A program made the translations under genes and the position numbers. From NCBI GenBank assembly GCA_039621445.1, contig CP154954.1:29335411-29399410 (forward strand): a DNA stretch of 64,000 nt, in the 5' to 3' direction. Shown piece by piece: positions 51,601-64,000 of this stretch (position 1 is the stretch's first letter; every line of letters begins with the position of its first letter). The stretch is from Euglena gracilis (Eukaryota). Below the pieces are notes generated by a model. It was not told the DNA's origin. It did no database searches and saw nothing but the letters and a program-made list of their open reading frames with translations.

Positions 51601-51776
51601 TTGCGCCACATATGGTCGACCTTCTTCGACTTCGACACACAGCCCAGCGGGAGGGAGAACTGCTCCATCGGGCACATCGCGTCAAGCGGCTTCTTGGCGG
51701 GCTCCGCATGGCTGGTGTGGGCCATGACGTCCCCCGCCCCGGGCCACTCCACACCCATGTGCTTTAGGTCCGCATC
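45700..51776 (-). CDS. Probable downstream exons of the RRM gene: ~51560-51776, 50673-~50743, ~49200-49345, 48789-48942, ~47265-47400, ~45700-45860
   Basis: GC-rich open islands with phase-compatible GT/AG junctions (SAE|DADLKH, APQG|APPPT, MHSG|GCCART). The other junctions are unresolved and no domain was recognised. Confidence 0.55.
45935..46260. repeat. (GCATA)n pentamer microsatellite
   Basis: Directly visible. Confidence 0.95.
46280..46782. mobile_element. MITE, 16-bp TIR, 8-bp TSD (7/8 match)
   Basis: CAGGGCAGAACGGGAA / TTCCCGTTCTGCCCTG. Flanks ATCCCAGA / ATCCCAGG. Confidence 0.9.
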
Positions 51777-52199
51777 CTGCACAGGGACAGGGATTGCGTT
51801 GGCACCCCGCCAGAAGTTATTTACGGACATGGGGGGGGGCAGGGTATCAAGTGAGCGGGGAGGAGGGGGATCTGGACCTCCCTCGTGTTTTGCACTCTTT
51901 TTTTTTTTTTTTGAAAAATCAGTCAAAACATACACCAAAAATTTCATCTTCCCCGGTGGAAGCGCCAGAAATTTTGGGGGGGGGTTCCTGCGGGGGTCCA
52001 GGACCGGCCTGCCCTTCGCGCCAGGCCAAAACCATCCTACCTCCCCCCCCCCTTGTCCAACGACCACTAATGTTCGTCTCCGACCGGGGGGGGGGGCGGT
52101 CGCTAAAATGGCCAATGTTCGTCTCCGACCAGGGGGGGGGGTCGTTAGACAAGGGGGGGGGACCCCAAATCGGAGGAAAATTTACCATAGATAGGGGTA

Positions 52200-52562
52200 T
52201 ATGGCCATTTTTTGGGCTGTTTTTGGCCATTTATGCTATTTCTTGACTACGGTTGGCCACTTTTGGCCATTTTTGGACATTTTTGGGGCACTTTTGGGAA
52301 TTTTTAGGCATTTTTGACCGCTTTTCGCCATGTTTGGTCGCTTTTGGCCACTTTTGGCAACTGTTGGCCAGACTTTGGCCCCCTTTGCCCATTTTTGGCC
52401 ACTTTAGGCTGTTTTTGGCTACTTTTGGCCATTTTTGCCTTATTTTTGCTATTTTTGGCAACTTTTTGGGCACCTTTGGCCATCCCTTGGCCAAAGGTGC
52501 AACATTTTAGGCCATTTTGGGCTATTTTTGACTGTTTTTAGCCAACTTTTAGCAATTTTGGC
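52200..52562. repeat. Degenerate (TTTTGGCCA[C/T])n decamer array
   Basis: Directly visible. Confidence 0.8.
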
Positions 52563-52940
52563 CGAACCAACATCGTAAACAAAAAGATCGTCTCTGACCG
52601 GGGGGGTGGTCGTTAGACAAGCCCGGTCGTTGGACAAGGGGGGGGGGGGAGGTACCAAACTCCACACCCCCAGTTGAAGGATGTGCCGCCATGCCACCGC
52701 CAACTACCCGCCACTACTTCCTTCCCAACAAGGAACCAGTCCACCAATCAGTCCAGCAGGTGCGGGGAAAGCAGCTCAAAAGCCCTGAGCAGATCCGCCC
52801 TTAGGCCTCCCAACGCATGGGCTTCTGCATTTTGGGGCGGCATTGCCAGGGAGCAGCGGCTTCCGCCACATTCGCGTTCAAAAACAAATTCATGAATCTT
52901 GTTTTTGAACACTTCGAAGGCGCGGGGGGGATGGGCCTAC

Positions 52941-56949
<4,009 letters not shown>

Positions 56950-58096
56950 GCGGGCGGTGACGCGTGCGGGTCCACCCACGCGTCACCGTCGCACGTTGCG
57001 CGTCACACGTTGAGGTGGGCTTGGCGAGCGGGTGGTCGGCAGCCTCCGCCCCCCCCCGGATGGCCTGCCAACCTCCTGCTGCTGCCATAAATAAACAAAC
57101 GGGGAAAAAAGCTCCTGTGGGTTCTGCCCGCTCTTCCCCTGTGTCTGTGCTCTTTTTGGACCAGAATCCATTCCATAATGTGGGCCCGCCGCCAGACCAT
57201 TATGTCACCGGCAATGCAGCCTCGTGGAAAGGTTCCCGATCCTTTCCCCTCCGACTCCGACTGGGTGTCGTGTTCCCTCCCCCAAAGGGGTGAGCCTGTG
57301 CAAGCACAGAGGGGGCAAGACCAACCCACAAAGCATCCCATCCGTCTCCCTGCCCCCGGCCAGCCTTCTGTGCGGTGCAATTGGAGGGAGATGAGGCGAA
57401 GGGTGTTCGCCGGCCTCCGGCCAGCGGGAGGCTCCAGGGGGTGGCGTGGCCGGGAAACAGGTGGGGGCCCCGGATAACCCCCCCAGTGCAGATGTTTTGA
57501 TGCTCTTGACCAGCAAAATTAAATAAATGTTTCTGGGAGAAAAAGCTGTCTGCCATCTTCCTCAGCTTTAATTCTAATGTTATTCTTTCAGCTTGGAGAT
57601 TCCCACTGGACATAAAGTGCCACAAAGCAAATATTTCCCGAAATTAGAAAATTCCAAAAAAGAAAGTTCCAAGAAAGTAGAAAAAATCTGCGAAAACAAA
57701 AGGTCCGAGAGATATCTCATGAAGTTGCACACACAAAAAAGCCTTCAGCCCAAAAACTTTGGAAAGGGTGGCCATGGACATGGGAGGGACGGCAGTCCCT
57801 GAGCGTCGTTCTGTCCTGCTCAGGCTGTGCCAGCACAGGAGCGAAGCCAGTCCAGAGCCCGACATCAAGAACCTTCTGGGAGTCTCACTGCAAGACATGC
57901 ACTGCAAATGACTCAACTTTGGCGGAAACAGGCGGTAAACTTGCTCCGTGGTTTCGTTGTTATCATACTCTTTCCATCTGTACAAATTCACAGCCGAAAC
58001 AACAGCAGCAGCAGCAGCAGCAGCAGCAACATCAACAACAACAATTCAAGATACTGAAAATTTGATTTCCTGATCCCACAACCAGGTTATGAATAG

Positions 58097-61000
58097 TGCT
58101 GAGCTCTATACCTTGCACGGTTTTCCACTGTAAAACTGAAAACATGGCTCGGACGCAGAGGCGGAGTTATGGGACTTTTTTCCGACTTTTTTGACCCGTT
58201 TTTGACCCCAACTCCATGGGTTTCGGGCCAAAAACGGGGGGCAGGGGGGGGGGGGGCGAATAACGCTCATTTTCGGCTCAAAAACAGTTTTTCCGGGTCC
58301 CGGAGGCCAAATAACATCCTTTCAGGCAAGATTTTTTTCGATTTTTTTCGACTTTTTGACCCAAAAAAAAATGTCCGAAAATGGTCAGAACAGGCCAAAA
58401 CTGTACAAAATGGCCCAGATTGGCTGAAAAATGGACATAACTCGGGCTAGGCGGGGAGTTGCGGGGGAATAAAAATACCGTTAGATGGGGCATTTTAAGG
58501 GCTTCAATTTAGGTCTCCGGACATTTCCTTTGATTCCCCACAATTTTTGAGTAATTTGAGAAAAATCGATTTTTTGACCCTAAACAGGGCTAAAAACGGC
58601 ACGCACGACTGCCGCGCTGTTTTGGGACGTAAATTGGCCATATTTCGGGCTAGGCAGGGAGTTGCGGGGAAATCAAAATACGGTTAGATAGGGCATTTTA
58701 AGGGCTTCAATTTAGGTCTTCACACATTTGCTTTGATTTTGCTTCATTTCCGAGATATTTTAAATACATCGACTTTTTGACCCCGAAAACAGCCCAAAAT
58801 GGTCCCTGAAATGGGCCAAAATTGGCCGGAAAATGGCCGTAACTCGGGCTACACGAAGAGTTGGGGGAAAAGTAAACCATGGATGGATAGGGCATTCCAA
58901 GAGCTTCATTTTACTCTCTGGACTTTTCCTTTGATTTTGCTTCATTGTCGAGATATTTTGGAAACCCCGATTTTTTTGGCCAAAAAAAACGGCCAAAAAA
59001 ACACCCCAAAATGGCCGTTTTGGGCAGCAAAGGCGCGCCGGAAGACGGGCCAGGCGTGTCGGCGGCCAAAACGGCGAACGGGGGGTGATAGAGGGCCTCC
59101 GGGGGTACATTTCGTCAGACCGACATTTCCGGAAATAATGTACGTTTTCTCGAGATATTTTCGAAAAATCGATTTTTTGACCGATTTTTGGACCCCGGTG
59201 AAATGGCAGAGTCGAAAGGGGGGGGCAGGTTAATCCTATCCAGTTTGGACCCCTTCGCGGCTGAATAACTCGGGCCTGGCGGGGAGTTGGGGGTCAAACG
59301 GAGGTGATTCGGAAACTAGAAATCCAGTCGCTCGCAATTGAAAAAAAAAATCCGGGAACTGGGCCGGGGTCATGGTGATAATCCGCGGTTGTCACGGTCT
59401 ACCCAGAGGGGGGGCAGGGGGGTCAAACCCCCCCTTTTCCCCGGTGGTAAGCTTTGCTCTTACCCATAAAGGGATCGCTGAGCTCTTATCTCTTTAGAGT
59501 AAGAGCGAAGCTTACCACCCCGGCCGGAGACCCCCTGACCCCCCCCCCCCGCCCCCCCGCCCCTGCCCCCGCCCCCTCCCGCCCCCCCCCCTCCTCTCCG
59601 CCCCCCCCGGCCCCCCCCCTGAGTAGGTCCAGCCACCCGAGGATTATCGATGTGACCTGATTTCCGGACCCGAAAGGTTAATAGCCTATAGGTTAGGAGA
59701 GGGTCCCTAGTTTGTCCAGAGCCCTTAGGTTGCCCGCAACTCCGCGCCAGGCCGGAGATATGGCCGGAGCAAAAAAGTTGTCTACCGTTTTTTTTTCAAA
59801 GAAAGTTTGTTGGACCGGCAACAGGGGGTCATTTTTGGGGTCAAAAAACCGAAAAATTCAAAATATCTCGAAAACGCCGGGGAGTTGAGAAAAAGTAAAG
59901 AGTACCTCATTCCACAACTTTGGGACGCCCGATCCACCGGTATGCGCGGTTTGGGCCAACTCCCCGCCTGGGCCGAGATACGGCCGTTTTGAGGGTTCGC
60001 CACGGGGGGACTCTGCCATTTGGAGCCCAAAACGGGCCCAAAAACCACTTTTTGCAAAATATCTCCAAAATGGTGGGGAGTTGAAAAAAATGTCCGGAGA
60101 CCTAAATTGAAGCCCTTGGAACGCCCTATCTACTAGTATTTTGATTTCCCCGCAACTCTCCGCCTAGCCGCAGATACGGCCGTTTTCAGGTCCAAATGGC
60201 CGTTTTGTACACTTTTCCCTCTGTCCAACTTAGCCGTTTTCGGGCCAAAAATTCGAAAAAAATCGAAAAAATTTTTTTTGCCCAAAACCATGTTTTTAGG
60301 CTTCCTGGACCCGGAAAAAGTGTTTTCGAGCCGAAAATTGGCGTTTTTCGACCCGCCAGCCCCTCATGGCCCTCATGGTCATGATGCGCATCATGCCCAA
60401 TGATGGCCATCATGCCCAATGATGGCCATCATGACCCGGATGGCCATCATGACCAATGATGGCCATTATGACCAATGATGGCCATCATGACCAATGATGG
60501 CCATCATGACCCCGGATGGCCGCCATGACCAATGATGGCCATCATGACCAATGATGGCCATCATGACCCCGGATGGCCATCATTACCAATGACGGCCATC
60601 ATGACCAATGATGGCCATCATGACCAATGATGGCCATCATGACCCCAGATGGCCATCATGACCAATGATGGCCATCTTGACCCCGGATGGCCATCATGAC
60701 CAACGATGACCATCATGACCAATGACGGCCATCATGACCAACGATGGCCATCATGACCCCGGATGTCCATCATGACCAATGATGGCCATCATGACCCCGG
60801 ATGGCCATCGTGACCAATGATGGCCATCATGACCCCGGATGGCCATCATGACCAATGATGGCCATCATGACCCCGGATGGCCATCATGACCAATGATGGC
60901 CATCATGACCCCGGGTCGCGCCGCCGAGCCGCCCGGGCCGCGGGCCGCCGGGCCGGGCTGCCGGGCCGGGCCGGGCCGCCGGGCCGCCGGGCCGGGCCGG

Positions 61001-61190
61001 GCCGGCCGGGCCGCCGGGCTGGGCCGGGCCGCCGGGCCGCCGGGCCGGGCCGGGCCGGGCCGGGCCGGGCCGGGCCGCCGGGCCGGGCCGGGCCGCCGGG
61101 CCGCCGGGCCGCCGGCCGGGCGCCGGGCCGGACTGGGATGGTCTCCCAAAGAGCTCAGCTCTACGTCACACCCTGGTAAGAGCTCAGCGA
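58097..61190. repeat. Composite repeat: tandem ~200-bp modules, inverted copies of the same modules, palindromic minisatellite and GCCGG array
   Basis: Modules at ~58430, 58635 and 58833, inverted at ~59700-60340. GCTGAGCTCT / AGAGCTCAGC motifs at ~58100, 59477, 61148 and 61179. Confidence 0.65.
60395..60912. repeat. 19/21-bp minisatellite GATGGCCATCATGACC(AAT/CCG)
   Basis: Directly visible. Confidence 0.93.
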
Positions 61191-62469
61191 CACCCCCCTA
61201 TGTCCAATAATCCAACAATAATGCTCCGAATGGGGGTGTGACGTTGGGCATAGGATCATGACAAAAAGGTATCCTCCAACTGGGGTTCAGTCGTCAGACA
61301 AGGCGTCTAAAAAAAAAGTCCACGGACTGGGGAGGACCTCGTCAGAAGGTCTTTTTTTGTGTTTTGGCGCTCTGCACTGGAGAATTTTTGCATTTTTGAC
61401 TTTTTTTGTCCAAAAATACCCAAATGGTTTTTGGCTGATTTTGGGCAACAAAATTTTCGGCCTGGCGCTTTGCTCCAGACCAAAAATCTGTCCAAACCTC
61501 TGAAAATGTGTCCTCCGACCTGGGAGGGGGTTTTTCGTTAGACAAGGGGGGGGGATTGTTGGACAAGGGGGGTGGTGATGGCTCAACCAAAATGGAAGAA
61601 TCAGTCTCGAAGAAAACATCCGCGATATACAATCAATTTATGAACATAGTATCCAGGTATTGAAGGGGTAAACCTCAAAAAAAAATGCCACGGTTTTTGT
61701 TGCCTTACTGGCAGAATGGGGCAAAAAATTACAGCTGAGTAGTGGGATACCATGCCCATGGCCCAGAGTGCCGTTGCTGTTGCTACAAAATGCTGCCGGT
61801 ATGACCGAAAAATGCACCGCGATGCGCCAGCCTCCTCAAAATTGCACGAATCACCCGGACGCTGCTGGACTGGGCAGGCGGATGGGTCACGCCGGCTGGC
61901 TGAGGCGGGGGAGGGGCGTGGACCACCGGGTGGGGGGCCGGTGGGCCCGCCCGCAAGGCAGGGGGCAGCGGACCGTGCGCCGGGTGGGCCGGGGCGGGGG
62001 CTGGGCCGGCCACCCCGGGGTAGTGGTGGGGCGGGGCGGGGCCCCCGGGGTGGGCCGCAGTGATGTGGGGTGGCAGGGGGGAGGCCATGGGGGGCGAGGG
62101 GGGGCGGCACGCCTGCGGAGGCGGTGGCGATCTGATGCCGATGGTTTGGTGGCTTTGGTCCCCAGTGCCCCGGGGTCAGTTGGATTTAATTTACTGTGGC
62201 TGAAGAGGGGTTGGGGAGGGGGGTCAGGGCACCCCCAAAAAAGCCACAGACAAAGGCACCCCCAAATAGACACAGGGGCTTCCTGTGGCGTGCCATGCTT
62301 TGGCAATCATGCAAAAATGGCGTTCTCTGTCTATCTACGCCACTTGGTTGTGCCATAAGAATGCCATGAGAATTGACAAGAAAAATCATTTTGAGCTGTG
62401 AAACCCTTCCATGCCCGCGGGGGGAAAGGAAGACATTTTTCAGTGACCAGCACAGGGGGCGGTTCCTCT

Positions 62470-63530
62470 CCCCCGGAGACGAGGCGTGCCCCCCGGCGCA
62501 ATAGAGCGTTGGGCCTGGTAGGGGTGGGGGAGGGGGGCGGAGGGGTACTGGCCGGCAGGGTCCTGGCGGTACCCCATCGCCGGGGTCATGGGCGACATGG
62601 CGTTTTGTGGGGCCATCGGGGCCGGGCCCCGCTGCGGCGGGGTCAGCAGGGTATTAAGCTAAGTGGGGAGGAGGTGGCCTGGACCCCCGTGACAGGGCGG
62701 GGGGGGGTGGGGCACGTCGGACCCCCCTGTGCAAAAAAACTTTCTGTTGCAAAGTGCCAGAAAACCGCGTTTTTGCGCTTTTTTTTTGAAAAACAGGTCA
62801 AAACATACACCAAATTTTTCATCATTTCCGGCGTGAAGCACTGGAAAAAAAAATTGGGTTCCCGGGGGGGTCCTGGACCCCCTTTGCTCCGAAGGGAGGG
62901 GAAGGAGGGGGTTGGTGTGGACCCCCCCTCCCCTGGGGGGCCTCCTCCCCCCTCCGCAAAACCACCTCTCACTTAATACCCTGGGGGTCAGCCTTCCTCC
63001 TTTCGGGCCCAAAGTGTTGGGAGGGCTTGCCACCCCAAAAATCTGAGTTTGGTCCACACGGAGGCGAGCGGCGAGGAGCGGTCCAACTGAACTCATCCCA
63101 CGTGTCTGCGCCACGCAAGCAAATTAGAACTGCATGGAGCTGGGGAGTGGAATCCTGCAAACCATCCAACACCTTTTCGGGGTTGGCGGGAGAGGGTGGC
63201 TTCGCATCAATCCGGCAAAAGATGGAGGGTGGGACATCAGAGGGCTACTTATTCATGCCTTGCTGTACAGGCTTCATGGCACACCCGAAGGACAACGAAG
63301 TTGCGTCCCGACAGACCCACACGCTCCCCCATGCCCCCTCCGGGCCATCCGCTTCCCAGGGGGGCCCGAGGCGGGGTCAAGTGGAATGTCCCCGCGTGGC
63401 CTTCCACGTTGACGGCGGTGGAGGTCCCCGCGCTGCCCAGCCCGCCGCCCTGCCACCCCGCAGGCATGGGGGGCTGCTGTTGGTACGGCCCGCCCAGGCT
63501 GCCCGCAGGCACCCGCGTTCCGGTCTGATA
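62470..63530 (-). CDS. Probable upstream Pro/Gln-rich exons of the RRM gene (~62470-62640, ~63370-63530, possibly ~62990-63115)
   Basis: Open GC-rich frames PAPMAPQNAMSPMTPAMGYRQDPAGQYP and GGPYQQQPPMPAGW. Linkage to the RRM exons is not proven. Confidence 0.5.
62647..62983. mobile_element. MITE, perfect 12-bp TIR CAGGGTATTAAG, perfect 8-bp TSD GGGGTCAG; candidate introner
   Basis: TSD at 62639-62646 and 62984-62991. Family fragments also at ~51840-52020 and ~37119-37131. Confidence 0.92.
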
Positions 63531-64000
63531 TGACTCGCGACTCGCAACTGCAATTGTGACTCCAAGGCACGACTCACGACTCGCGCCTTGCGCTTCACAA
63601 TCACAACTCCAGAGTTGCGACTGACGGCTCATGACTCACAACTTGCAAAACGCGGCCCTCCCCCAGGGAGGATATGTAGTGAACTGGACCCCAAAATATG
63701 CGCTAAAATATGCTAATTATGCAAAATATGCGCAATACAGATATACGCAAACACACGGAAAAATATGAGATTTTTTCGAAACCAGGAAGCTTTGGGTTAT
63801 GTTCTATTAAGTACTTTCAGGACATTTCGGTCATTTTTGGGGGCCATTTGAGTGCATGATCAGCTACAATTGGCTGTTGTCGGACCATTTTCGACCAGTA
63901 CGAGCCATTTTGGGCCATTTTGTGGCCGAAAGTGACCCAAAATGAAAGCAAAACCACCCAAAATTGTCGGAAGAAATTCAGAACGGCAACAATAATATGC

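Noticed and set aside
60395-60912. CRISPR-like regular palindromic repeats (also 36294-36845 and 44470-44665)
   Set aside because: No unique spacers, no cas genes and a eukaryotic context; these are minisatellites.
63530-64000. Spliced-leader or 5' end signal for the RRM gene
   Set aside because: No spliced-leader sequence or clear start was seen; the region holds degenerate GACTCAC/GACTCGC repeats.

Overview
Repeat-rich eukaryotic nuclear DNA, very probably from a euglenid. The basis is a minus-strand gene that mixes GT-AG introns with non-GT-AG introns whose ends base-pair in the euglenid N3-CDG...CHG-N5 register. Bases 1-16.2 kb are a nest of four elements. An old minus-strand DIRS-type tyrosine-recombinase retrotransposon (9119-10880 + 15518-~16210) was invaded by a near-intact plus-strand DIRS-type element (10881-15517: gag, RT-RNaseH-adenine MTase, YR), whose ends combine inverted terminal repeats with split direct repeats. 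It was also invaded by a minus-strand Ty3/Gypsy LTR element (<1-9118). The Gypsy element carries both an N6-adenine-type methyltransferase (NPPF) and a C5-cytosine methyltransferase (LDLFCG...VPC...ENP) between gag and the protease, and is itself interrupted by a 1.3-kb insertion. Bases 16-45 kb are mostly MITEs, micro/minisatellites and TE relics. Bases ~45.7-63.5 kb hold a multi-exon gene for a two-RRM RNA-binding protein. Many MITEs have CAG...CTG-type termini and 8-bp TSDs, a geometry that reproduces the nonconventional-intron splice register (3+5=8). This suggests transposons that create introns. All calls are from reading the sequence by eye; no database searches were run.
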